DNA from: Candidatus Parcubacteria bacterium
Lineage (GTDB): Bacteria; Patescibacteriota; Microgenomatia; UBA12405
Assembly: GCA_023443725.1 (NCBI GenBank)
Contig: JAEZTF010000002.1
Coordinates: 1-61,421, forward strand
Length of the DNA: 61,421 bases
Reading direction: 5' to 3'
The notes beneath the pieces are model-generated. The model was given only the letters and a program-made list of their open reading frames with translations, searched no databases and had not been told where the DNA came from. Shown here in pieces: positions 29,587 to 38,640 of the stretch. The position numbers and the translations under genes were made by a program. Positions within the stretch are counted from its first letter, which is position 1, and each line of letters begins with the position of its first letter.

Positions 29587-30445
29587 AACTACTTGGCACC
29601 ATATTCGTCGATCTCCATTTCAAAGTCTAACTGCTCTTTTAGTTATGATTTTTAGTTTTTTAGTAATTTCTGTTTTCATAGTAGTCAATTTTGGTTTATC
29701 TGGAGTATTGTCATATTTTGAAACCAAACCTGAAATTACTCTATTTGTTAAGGATGGATTAGATAGCCAAGCTATCGACAATATTCAAAAAGATTTAGCC
29801 TCTTACTCAGATATTAAAGAAATTAAATATATATCCAAAGATAAAGCCTTAGAAATATATAAACAAGAAAATAAAGATAATCCTTTATTAACAGAAATGG
29901 TCACTGCTAGTATTTTACCTGCCTCTTTCGAAGTTAGTGTTTCCAATCCAAATACTTTAGAAAAAATTTATCAGAATTACGCTACTAAAAACGATGTTAT
30001 TGATGAAGTCATTTATCAAAAAGATATTATTAGTTCATTATTAGATTGGACCAACATTATTCGCCGTACTGGAGTAGCTATTACTCTTATAATTAGTTTT
30101 ATTTCTTTCTTTACTATTTTTATTATCATTGGTATGAAAATTACCAATCGTAAAGAAGAGATTCGTATTAGTCGTCTTCTCGGTGCCTCACATTTATATG
30201 TCAAAAAACCTTTTTTATTAGAAGGTCTATTTTATGGAGTTGTTGGAAGTTTTATAGGCTCAGTCTTAACTTTTTCCTTTGTTCTTGTTTTTCGTCAATC
30301 AATCAATTCTTTCTTTCAACCTGTAGAGTTTATTAGTTACGATACTGTTTTTTACGCTTTAATTCTTATTTCAGAGGTGTTTTTAGGATCATTTATTGGT
30401 CTTCTAGCAAGTTGGATTGGAGCAAAAAGATATATTAAATTTTAA
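29573..30445 (+). CDS. ftsX: cell division permease-like FtsX
   Basis: TM1, a periplasmic loop domain, then 3 TM segments. Overlaps ftsE by 14 nt. Confidence 0.85.
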   Translation: MSTTKTTWHHIRRSPFQSLTALLVMIFSFLVISVFIVVNFGLSGVLSYFETKPEITLFVKDGLDSQAIDNIQKDLASYSDIKEIKYISKDKALEIYKQENKDNPLLTEMVTASILPASFEVSVSNPNTLEKIYQNYATKNDVIDEVIYQKDIISSLLDWTNIIRRTGVAITLIISFISFFTIFIIIGMKITNRKEEIRISRLLGASHLYVKKPFLLEGLFYGVVGSFIGSVLTFSFVLVFRQSINSFFQPVEFISYDTVFYALILISEVFLGSFIGLLASWIGAKRYIKF

Positions 30446-30448
30446 CCA

Positions 30449-31528
30449 ATGATAAAAAAAATCATTGTTTTATTATTATTTTTTGTGGTTTTATTTAATT
30501 CCCCAGTATTGGCTGACGATACAACTGATTTAAGTAACAAAATCACTGAATACACTCAAAAACTTACTCAATTAGGAACAGCTAAAAATACTTTAGCTAA
30601 CCAAATAAAAATAATTGATTCTCAGGTTCAACTGACTTTGCTCAAAATTACTCAAACAGAAAATTCTATTAAAACTTTAGAGTCAGAAATTAATCAACTT
30701 GGTGTTGAAATTGAAAAACTTGATGGTCAATTAGACACTCTTTCAGTAATTTTTATAAATCAAATTGTTCAAAATTATAAACTTCAAAAACGAGTTCCCG
30801 AATTTGCTTATATATTTTCGTCTAACTTAAATGATTTTTTGGAGCAACATAAATACATTACTATTCTTCAGAAAGATAGCCAAAACAATCTTATCAACAT
30901 GGAAACAGTTAGAACTAATTATGATCTTCAAAAAACCACCAAAGAAAAAAAACAGACTGAATTAGAAGAACTAAAAAAGACTTTAGCCGATCAAAAAATT
31001 AGCTTAAATTCACAAAAAGATTCTAAAAGTAAATTATTAGAAATTACCAAAAATGATGAAAAAAAATATCAGCAATTAAAATCAGAAGCTGAAAAAGAGT
31101 TATCTGCTCTTTTAAGTGCTAAGTTTGTTGAAAAGAAAACAGTTAAAAAAGGAGATGTTTTGGGAATAATGGGGAACACTGGTTATTCTTTTGGTGCTCA
31201 TCTTCATTTCGGTCTTTATTCTCTTAAGGAATCAGAAATATCATCTTGGTCATATACTAATGACATTGATCCAACCGGTTACATAAATGCAAACAGATGG
31301 CCTATGGACGACCCAAGAATAACCCAAGGAAGAGGTGCTACTCAATACGCTTATTTATATTCAGATAGATTTCATCATGGTATAGATATGGTTTCTGATA
31401 ATAAAATAATCAGAGCCGTTAACGACGGAGTTGCTTATTTCTTTAGAAATGCTGGCAGTAGTTTAGGCAACCATGTCAAACTTTTTCATCCTGATGGAAA
31501 GATGACACTTTATCTTCATATGCAATAA
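30449..31528 (+). CDS. secreted coiled-coil / M23 (LytM) metallopeptidase, EnvC-like, with motifs in permuted order
   Basis: Signal peptide, then about 200 aa of heptad-rich sequence. GDVLGIMGNTGYSFGAHLHFGLY (HLH at 31199-31207) comes before FHHGIDM (31373-31387) and GNHVKLFHPDGKMTLYLHMQ-stop. Confidence 0.8.
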   Translation: MIKKIIVLLLFFVVLFNSPVLADDTTDLSNKITEYTQKLTQLGTAKNTLANQIKIIDSQVQLTLLKITQTENSIKTLESEINQLGVEIEKLDGQLDTLSVIFINQIVQNYKLQKRVPEFAYIFSSNLNDFLEQHKYITILQKDSQNNLINMETVRTNYDLQKTTKEKKQTELEELKKTLADQKISLNSQKDSKSKLLEITKNDEKKYQQLKSEAEKELSALLSAKFVEKKTVKKGDVLGIMGNTGYSFGAHLHFGLYSLKESEISSWSYTNDIDPTGYINANRWPMDDPRITQGRGATQYAYLYSDRFHHGIDMVSDNKIIRAVNDGVAYFFRNAGSSLGNHVKLFHPDGKMTLYLHMQ

Positions 31529-31533
31529 AAACC

Positions 31534-31552
31534 CCCCATCTTTCGACAGGGG
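31534..31552. terminator. weak hairpin between convergent genes
   Basis: CCCC(A)TC-TTTC-GA(CA)GGGG followed by a T-rich tract. The stem is imperfect. Confidence 0.3.
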
Positions 31553-31614
31553 ATTTCAAATCTATTTTTTTATTGTTTTGCTTCTAACTACTTACTAATA
31601 GCTAATTAACTAAC

Positions 31615-32250
31615 TTAATATCCTCGAGCGTATTTTCTAAAAGCCATACCGCCACCAATTAATGACAATATTACGATAGTTTTAACGATCAAGTCATTAT
31701 TTCCAGTATTAGGAATAGCTACACCATTACCAATGTAATATATAGCATCATCCTTATCACAAATTTCATCAACACAAACTTGAGCTACATTAGTTTCTTT
31801 AGTCAAAGTTCTGACATTTTTAGAATCATTAATTTTTGCTCTAATCAAAAAATCTTGAGAATGACCAGGATCTAATTGGTCTATAGTCCATTCAACTTTA
31901 TTATTTGTTTGATCAAAAGTTCCTGGATTAAAAACCAATTTTAAAAATGGAGGTAAATAATCAATTACTTTAATATTTTTCAATACTCCGTCTCCTGTGT
32001 TTTCTACAGTGATTTTAAATTCTATTAAATCAGTTTCGTAGAATACTTTCTCAGAAGCTGCAAGATTATCTTTGTACTCTTTATCCTTAACAGCTTTAAC
32101 TTTCTTATCTATAGAAATAGTTTTTTCACTATCACTAGAATAATAAGAAGTAGCTTGTGCCTTTATTGAGAATAAAGACGAAAACAACACTGCCATAGCG
32201 GCTAGTATTAAAAACAACATTATACTTTTATTGTGTTCCACCTGCTTCAT
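31615..32250 (-). CDS. sortase-anchored surface protein with a DUF11-like repeat domain
   Basis: Signal peptide; FKITVENTGDGVLKNIKVIDYLPPFL, typical of DUF11-type repeats. C-terminal sorting signal IPNTG (31702-31716), then a hydrophobic stretch and an RKYARGY tail. Confidence 0.8.
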   Translation of the reverse strand: MKQVEHNKSIMLFLILAAMAVLFSSLFSIKAQATSYYSSDSEKTISIDKKVKAVKDKEYKDNLAASEKVFYETDLIEFKITVENTGDGVLKNIKVIDYLPPFLKLVFNPGTFDQTNNKVEWTIDQLDPGHSQDFLIRAKINDSKNVRTLTKETNVAQVCVDEICDKDDAIYYIGNGVAIPNTGNNDLIVKTIVILSLIGGGMAFRKYARGY

Positions 32251-32325
32251 AATTTATTTTAATAACTTAAATTATAGGTCATTATATCCAATGAATTCCT
32301 ATTTGTCAAGTAAAATTGAATATTG

Positions 32326-32354
32326 TTGTTAAAATGATAAATTTTGCTTATACT
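32326..32354 (+). promoter_or_regulatory. candidate promoter at the left edge of the glycosylation island
   Basis: TTGTTA (32326-32331), a 17-nt spacer, then TATACT (32349-32354), then 6 nt to the ATG at 32361. Confidence 0.5.
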
Positions 32355-32360
32355 CTCTTT

Positions 32361-33089
32361 ATGAGCAAAATTTTAATTCCAGAGCTTTCAGTTTTTTATC
32401 CTTGCTACAATGAAGAGAAAAATATTAAAAAAACAGTCGATAAGACAGTACCTGTATTAAACAAAATTGCCAAAAAATGGGAAATTATTTTAATAAATGA
32501 TGGTTCCAAAGATAACACTGCTTCAGTTTTAGAATCTATTAAAAAAGAGTACTCTCCCAACATAAAAGTCATTACTCACAATCCTAATCGTGGCTATGGA
32601 GCTGCCCTAAAATCAGGTCTCTATAATGCTAAATACCAATGGATTACGTTTACCGACTCTGATGGTCAATTCGATTTTTCTGAAATTGTTAATTTACTTG
32701 ATAAACAACAAAAAACCCAAGCAGATATTGTCATTGGTTATTATCTTTCTCGAAAAGTTTCCAAAGCTACTATCATTACCTCCAAAATATGGGAATTGAT
32801 TGTTTTTATCCTTTTTGGTTTACGAGTTACCGATATTGATTGTGGTTTTAAGTTAATTAATAAAAAAGTTATTAATACTATTCCCAAACTTGAAGCAGAA
32901 AGGGGAGCCTTTATTAGTAGTGAATTTTTAATTAAAGCCAAAAAATCTGGCTTTAAAATAGTTGAAATTGGAGTTCATCATTATCCCCGTGTTGAAGGTC
33001 AAGCTACTGGTCGAAATATTAAAGTAATATTAAAAAGCTTTTCTGATCTCTTCCGTTTGTGGTTTAAAATCAATTTTCATCGTGCTTAA
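32361..33089 (+). CDS. GT2 polyprenyl-phosphate glycosyltransferase (DPM1/GtrB/ArnC-like)
   Basis: VFYPCYNEE, INDGSKDNT, NRGYGAALKSG and TDSDGQ (DxD). The ATG at 32361 is preferred over the track start at 32316. Confidence 0.8.
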   Translation: MSKILIPELSVFYPCYNEEKNIKKTVDKTVPVLNKIAKKWEIILINDGSKDNTASVLESIKKEYSPNIKVITHNPNRGYGAALKSGLYNAKYQWITFTDSDGQFDFSEIVNLLDKQQKTQADIVIGYYLSRKVSKATIITSKIWELIVFILFGLRVTDIDCGFKLINKKVINTIPKLEAERGAFISSEFLIKAKKSGFKIVEIGVHHYPRVEGQATGRNIKVILKSFSDLFRLWFKINFHRA

Positions 33090-34560
33090 AACTATTTTAA
33101 AAAAATATTGGTTATTGGTCTTAATTGTTTTAATCGGGTCTTTTTTACGTCTTTACAGAATCGGAGGTTACATGGAGTTTATGGGTGATCAAGGTCGTGA
33201 TGTCATTATTCTTAAAGATTTTTGGCAAAATGGTAATTTATTTTTTATTGGACCTCAAACCAGTATTGGCAATATGTACTTAGGACCTTGGTTTTACTAT
33301 CTCATCTCACCAGCTCTTTTGATTTCTAATTTTAATCCGGTTGGGCCTGCTGTTTTTATTGCCCTTTTAAATATTTTAACTATATATGTATTGTATTTTG
33401 TTGGTAATAAATGGTTTTCAAAATCAGTTGGTTTAATTTCAGCCCTTCTTTTTGCCATTTCTCCTGTTGTTATTAAATACTCCAATTTCATCTGGAATCC
33501 CAATATTATGCCTCTTTTTAGTCTTTTATTTATTTATTTCTTCTTTGAAGGTTTTAATTCCAAGAAATTTCATTATTTTCTTTATGCTTCGTTATCTTTT
33601 GTTATGGTCATCAATAGTCATTATTTAGGTTTAGCTCTTTTACCCTTAGTTGGCATTTATTGGCTCTATTCATTAATTAATTTTCTTAGAAAAAAATCAA
33701 AATTTCTTAAACCATTTTTATTAAATACTTTTTTTGCCTTTATTATTTTTGGATTATCTTTAACTCCTCAAATACTTTTCGACATCAAACATAATGGTCA
33801 AAATATCAAAGCCTTAACTACTTTCTTTACTCAAAGAGAGACTACTGTTAATCTAAAACCATATAAAGCCATTCCTGTTGTTCCTTTGCTTTTTGATCAA
33901 ATCAACACTCGGCTTTTAGTTGGGAAAAATGAAACAATTGGCATAATTATCACTATTTTATTAGCTTTTGGAATTTTAATTTTATTGGTCAAACCAAAGA
34001 AACAAAAATTTAATTTCTGGGTAGTATTAGGTTGGTATTTATCAGGAATAATCGCTTTAGCTTTATACAAACAACATATTTACGATCATTATTTTGCTTT
34101 TTTATTTCCAGTTGCTTTTCTTTTTATAGCCATTTTAATCAATAAGTTTAAAATTATTGGCATTCCGATTTTAGTTTTATTGGTAGTTTTTTCTTTAATC
34201 GAAAATCCATTGCGCTATTCACCGAACTATCAACTTCAACACAGTCGCAATTTAGCTAATTCAATAAATCAAAACTTATCCCAAGACGACGGTAAATTCA
34301 ATGTTACTATGTTAGCCTCATATAATGATTTTCGAGCTCAAGCTCCACGTTATTTTATAAATTCATCAAATTTACTTTCTCAAGAAGATTATCCTTCAGC
34401 CAAAACCTTATTTGTGATTCTAGACGATCCATCAAAGTGGAAACTAGGTATTGATTCTGATATTTGGGAAATCAATGTTTTTAAACAAAATTCAAAATAT
34501 ACTTCCTCTAGTTTTACCAGTTCAGATGGCACTCAAATTGTAAAATTGACCAAGCAATAA
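33082..34560 (+). CDS. multi-pass GT-C-like membrane glycosyltransferase (subfamily B)
   Basis: Paralog of 6548-8065, sharing DQ.RD...GP.TSI...LGP.+YY. GTG start overlapping the upstream GT2 by 8 nt. Confidence 0.6.
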   Translation: MLKTILKKYWLLVLIVLIGSFLRLYRIGGYMEFMGDQGRDVIILKDFWQNGNLFFIGPQTSIGNMYLGPWFYYLISPALLISNFNPVGPAVFIALLNILTIYVLYFVGNKWFSKSVGLISALLFAISPVVIKYSNFIWNPNIMPLFSLLFIYFFFEGFNSKKFHYFLYASLSFVMVINSHYLGLALLPLVGIYWLYSLINFLRKKSKFLKPFLLNTFFAFIIFGLSLTPQILFDIKHNGQNIKALTTFFTQRETTVNLKPYKAIPVVPLLFDQINTRLLVGKNETIGIIITILLAFGILILLVKPKKQKFNFWVVLGWYLSGIIALALYKQHIYDHYFAFLFPVAFLFIAILINKFKIIGIPILVLLVVFSLIENPLRYSPNYQLQHSRNLANSINQNLSQDDGKFNVTMLASYNDFRAQAPRYFINSSNLLSQEDYPSAKTLFVILDDPSKWKLGIDSDIWEINVFKQNSKYTSSSFTSSDGTQIVKLTKQ

Positions 34561-34587
34561 ATTAACTATTTTGTATAATTAAAACAG

Positions 34588-35352
34588 ATGACCAAAATAT
34601 CTATTATTATTCCTTGCTACAACGAAGAGAATAATTTAAAAAAAGGTGTTCTTCAAGAAGTCTACGATTTCCTTATTACCCAAAAGTTTTCTTGGGAAGT
34701 TATAGTTTGTAATGACGAGTCTACTGACAATAGCCTTAAACTAGTTAAGAATTTTGTTTCCAAACATAAAAACTTTAAAGTTCTCGATTTACCTCATGGC
34801 GGCAAACCATCAGCAGTTTGGGGTGGAATCAAAGAAGCCAAATATCCTTTAATTCTTTTTACTGATATGGATCAATCCACACCTTTAAAAGAATTAAGCA
34901 AACTACTTCCTCATTTTGATCAAGGTTACGATGTTGTTATTGGTTCTAGAGGAGCCAATCGAGAAGGTAATTCGTTTATTAGAAAGCTTATGGCTAGGGG
35001 TTTTCTTTTAGGTAGAAGAATGGTGCTGCTACATAACATTATTGATACTCAGTGTGGTTTTAAAGCCATGAGGACTAATTTAGCCAAAAAAATATTTCCC
35101 GAACTTCAATTTTTTAAAGACAAATCAGAAAAAAAAGGTTGGCGAGTCTCTGCTTTTGATGTCGAACTTCTTTTTATTGCCCAAAAGAAAGGCAGTAAAA
35201 TAAAAGAAGTTGAAGTTGAATGGAAGAATGAAGATATTAGTACTACCAAAGGAGATGATTCTGTCCGTTTCAAACGTGAATCAAAACAAATGCTTCAAGA
35301 GATCATTCGTGTCATAAGCAACAATTTAAAAGGTGTTTATGATCAAAAATAA
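34588..35352 (+). CDS. GT2 polyprenyl-phosphate glycosyltransferase (DPM1/ALG5-like)
   Basis: IIIPCYNEE, CNDESTDNS, HGGKPSAVWGG and TDMDQS. Confidence 0.75.
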   Translation: MTKISIIIPCYNEENNLKKGVLQEVYDFLITQKFSWEVIVCNDESTDNSLKLVKNFVSKHKNFKVLDLPHGGKPSAVWGGIKEAKYPLILFTDMDQSTPLKELSKLLPHFDQGYDVVIGSRGANREGNSFIRKLMARGFLLGRRMVLLHNIIDTQCGFKAMRTNLAKKIFPELQFFKDKSEKKGWRVSAFDVELLFIAQKKGSKIKEVEVEWKNEDISTTKGDDSVRFKRESKQMLQEIIRVISNNLKGVYDQK

Positions 35353-36871
35353 GTTTTTTCGTTTTTTTGTTGTTCTATTAGTAGTTGCACTTTATTTCTT
35401 TAGTCGTCTTCAAAATTTAACTTCCATACCAGTTTTCGGTGATGAAGCTATTTATATTCGTTGGGCTCAAATAATCAAATCAGAAGAAACTCTTCGTTTT
35501 ATTCCTCAGACTGACGGCAAACAGCCACTGTTTATGTGGCTAAATGCAGTTAGTTTGAAATTTATTTCCGATCCATTAGCTTCTGGTAGACTCATTTCTG
35601 TTTTTGCTGGTTTTGGAATTATCTTAATGCTCTTTTTTATTGCTCCTATAATTTTAAATTTTTCATCATCAGAAAAAAATATTTTTAAATTTATTTCAAA
35701 AAGTATTTCAATATATTTTTATCCAGCAATTTTAACTTCATTTATCTATTGTTTATTACCATTTACCTTTTTCTTTGATCGTATGGCTTTAGCCGATACT
35801 TTACTCTCATTTTTTGGGTTAACTTCTTTTTTATTTTCTCTGCTTTTATCTAAATATCCTCGTTTAGATTTATCGCTTATTCTAGGTGTTATTCTTGGTT
35901 TAGCTTGGTTAACCAAGTCGCCAGCTATCTATTTTATTGCCCTTTCTATAGGCACTTTTGTTTTTTTAAATTTAAACAAATTATCTTCAATATTTTTACC
36001 AATAATCTCTTCTTTGATTTCTTTTGTTATTTACAATATTCTTCGACTCGGACCTCAATTTCAAATGATTACACTTCGCAATCGTGATTATATTTGGTCG
36101 TTAAGTGAAGTTATCAAACATCCGCTAGACCCTCTTAAACCTCATTTAAGTGACACTTTGACTCTTTACCAACATTATATTTCTTGGCCTATTTTAATTT
36201 TAACTATTATTGGTGTTATTTTTTATTTTATTTTTAAAAATAAATTTCAAAAAATATTCTTAGTCATAATTTCCTGGTGGATTTTGCCCTTATTAGCCAA
36301 TGCTGCTTTTGCTAAAGTTTTTACTGCTAGATATATTCTTTTTACTTTACCAGCATTAATAATTATTATTTCTTTATCAATTTCCTTTCTAATTTCTAGA
36401 TTTAAATCATCATTACTCAAGTTAGTATTGTTGATTTTGATTTGTATTTTAAATATTAATTTTATTATTAAGTTATCAATTGATCCATTTCATCAAAAAT
36501 TACCCAGTACAGAAACAGGTTATCTTACTGATTGGACTTCAGGCTGGGGAATTAGTCAAGCCGCCGAATATCTAAAAGTCAGATCGCAAAAAGCTAATAT
36601 CATTGTTGGTACAGAAGGTAATTTTGGTACTCTTCCCGATGGTCTTCAAATTTACACTAACAAAGTTCCTCAATTAACCGTTATTGGTCTCGGTCTTGGT
36701 TTTACTAATACTCCATCAAATTTAGTTAATGCCAAAAAATATGGAGATGAAGTATATATTTTGATCAATAAATCTAGATTGAAAATTAATTCATCAGAAG
36801 TAAATCAAATGACTTTAATTAACTCTTTTAAAAAACCTCAAGACGACGAACTACTTTTATATCAGCTATAA
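35339..36871 (+). CDS. ArnT/GT83-like GT-C membrane glycosyltransferase
   Basis: First-loop motif VFGDEAIYIRWAQ and more than 10 TM segments. The ATG at 35339 is preceded by AAGGTG. Overlaps the upstream GT2 by 14 nt. Confidence 0.65.
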   Translation: MIKNKFFRFFVVLLVVALYFFSRLQNLTSIPVFGDEAIYIRWAQIIKSEETLRFIPQTDGKQPLFMWLNAVSLKFISDPLASGRLISVFAGFGIILMLFFIAPIILNFSSSEKNIFKFISKSISIYFYPAILTSFIYCLLPFTFFFDRMALADTLLSFFGLTSFLFSLLLSKYPRLDLSLILGVILGLAWLTKSPAIYFIALSIGTFVFLNLNKLSSIFLPIISSLISFVIYNILRLGPQFQMITLRNRDYIWSLSEVIKHPLDPLKPHLSDTLTLYQHYISWPILILTIIGVIFYFIFKNKFQKIFLVIISWWILPLLANAAFAKVFTARYILFTLPALIIIISLSISFLISRFKSSLLKLVLLILICILNINFIIKLSIDPFHQKLPSTETGYLTDWTSGWGISQAAEYLKVRSQKANIIVGTEGNFGTLPDGLQIYTNKVPQLTVIGLGLGFTNTPSNLVNAKKYGDEVYILINKSRLKINSSEVNQMTLINSFKKPQDDELLLYQL

Positions 36872-36885
36872 TCTATTAATAAACT

Positions 36886-38640
36886 ATGTTTTTTAAAAAA
36901 ATAATCAAATCTAAATTTTTTTGGCCAATAATTACTTTTCTCCTAATAATACCAGCATTTTCATTTCTACTTAAACCTGGATACTACAATATGCATGACG
37001 ATATGCAAATGATTCGTCAACTAGAAATGGAGAAGTGTTTAGCTGATGGTCAAATTCCTTGTCGTTGGACTCCAGATTTAGGCTATGGCTATGGCTATCC
37101 ATTGTTCAATTTTTATCCTCCTATGCCATATATGGTTGGCCAAGTTTATCGTACATTAGGTTTTTCTTTTACTAATTCTGTTAAGGCCACTGCAGTCACT
37201 CAAATTATTCTTTCGGCTGCTTTTATTTATCTTTTATCTACTTCCATTTTTGGATCTATCGGTGGCTTTTTATCAGCTTTATTTTATACTTATGCTCCTT
37301 ATCATGCTCTCAATATTTATGTCCGAGGTGCTATGAACGAAGCATGGGCAGCTGTATTTTTCCCTTTAATATTTTATTTTTCTAGAAAATTAGTCTTAGA
37401 AGGTAAGTTTAAATATGTTTTAGGTTTATCTATCAGTTTTACCGGTCTTTTGTTGTCTCACAATCCTATGGCCTTAACTTTTACTCCCATACTTTTTGTT
37501 TGGGTTATGTTTTGGTTGTTTAGTAAATATAAAAAATCATTCGGTTCATTTTTAGTAAAAAAAATACCCACAATCATTAAGCTAACTTTTTCAGGTATTT
37601 TAGCTGCTGTATTAGCTGCTTTTTACACGCTACCAGTAATTTTTGAAACTAAATATGTCCAAATAAATACCATGTTTGAAGGTTATTATCATTTCTCAGT
37701 TCACTTTGCCACTTTATATGAACTATTTATTAGAAGCTTTTGGGGTGATGGTGCTTCAGTTTGGGGACCAAATGATGACATGTCTTTTGCTGTTGGTTAT
37801 CTTCATTGGATCATTCCGTTATTTATTTTAGGTTTTATTATTTTCCAAATTATTAAACATCGTCGTCATCTCAAAAAAATTGATTCAAAATATTGGTTAT
37901 TGGGTTTATTAATCTTGATGGGCTTGGGTACAGTTTTTATGACTCATAATAAATCTACTTTTATTTGGCTACTATTTCCCACTATTCAAAAAATTCAATT
38001 TCCTTGGAGATTTTTAAATCACTCTGTCTTTTTGTTTTCCTTATCAGCCGGAGGTTTAGTATTAATTTTAAATAAATTCCTTACCGATAAGATTAAATAC
38101 ATAATAATCACCGGTCTATCCATTATATTGATAATTATCAATGTTTCTCATTTTACCCCAATACATTATGGACCAATCACTGATGAACAAAAATTTTCCG
38201 GTAAAGCTTGGATTAATCAAGTTACCTCTGGTATCTACGATTATCTTCCCAAAACAGCTCGAATTGCTGCTCAAAGAGCTGCTAATCCCTTTGTTGATGA
38301 AATAGACGCAAATGTCACTTATCAACTAACTGATCAAAAACAGGGTAGTGATTGGTCATATTTCAAGATTAATCTCAATAAACCAGCCAAAGTTACTCTT
38401 TCACAACTCGCTTTTCCAACTTTTGTAGTTACCGACAACGATAAGCCGATTGATTATCAAATTGAACCTGAAATTGGTAGGATAGTGGTTAATTTATCAG
38501 CCGGTGATCATCAAATTTTTGTCAAATTCACCAATACTCCAATCAGGACAATTTCTAATTATGTTTCACTGGTTGGTTGGATATTTGTTTTATTATTTTT
38601 CTCTAAGCCACTATGGAAACGGTTGATATACAGGAAATAA
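36886..38640 (+). CDS. large multi-pass membrane protein, probable GT-C-type (COG5617-like)
   Basis: N-terminal MHDDMQMIRQLEMEKCLADGQIPCRWTPDLGYGYGYPLFNFYPP, many TM segments and a C-terminal beta-rich extracytoplasmic domain. The family assignment is from memory only. Confidence 0.45.
   Translation: MFFKKIIKSKFFWPIITFLLIIPAFSFLLKPGYYNMHDDMQMIRQLEMEKCLADGQIPCRWTPDLGYGYGYPLFNFYPPMPYMVGQVYRTLGFSFTNSVKATAVTQIILSAAFIYLLSTSIFGSIGGFLSALFYTYAPYHALNIYVRGAMNEAWAAVFFPLIFYFSRKLVLEGKFKYVLGLSISFTGLLLSHNPMALTFTPILFVWVMFWLFSKYKKSFGSFLVKKIPTIIKLTFSGILAAVLAAFYTLPVIFETKYVQINTMFEGYYHFSVHFATLYELFIRSFWGDGASVWGPNDDMSFAVGYLHWIIPLFILGFIIFQIIKHRRHLKKIDSKYWLLGLLILMGLGTVFMTHNKSTFIWLLFPTIQKIQFPWRFLNHSVFLFSLSAGGLVLILNKFLTDKIKYIIITGLSIILIIINVSHFTPIHYGPITDEQKFSGKAWINQVTSGIYDYLPKTARIAAQRAANPFVDEIDANVTYQLTDQKQGSDWSYFKINLNKPAKVTLSQLAFPTFVVTDNDKPIDYQIEPEIGRIVVNLSAGDHQIFVKFTNTPIRTISNYVSLVGWIFVLLFFSKPLWKRLIYRK

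Noticed and set aside
31553-31614. Repetitive CTAACT/TAATTAAC-rich stretch between convergent genes as a possible repeat or small RNA
   Set aside because: It is low-complexity AT-rich spacer. I found no stable structure, no repeat-unit periodicity and no copies elsewhere in the window.
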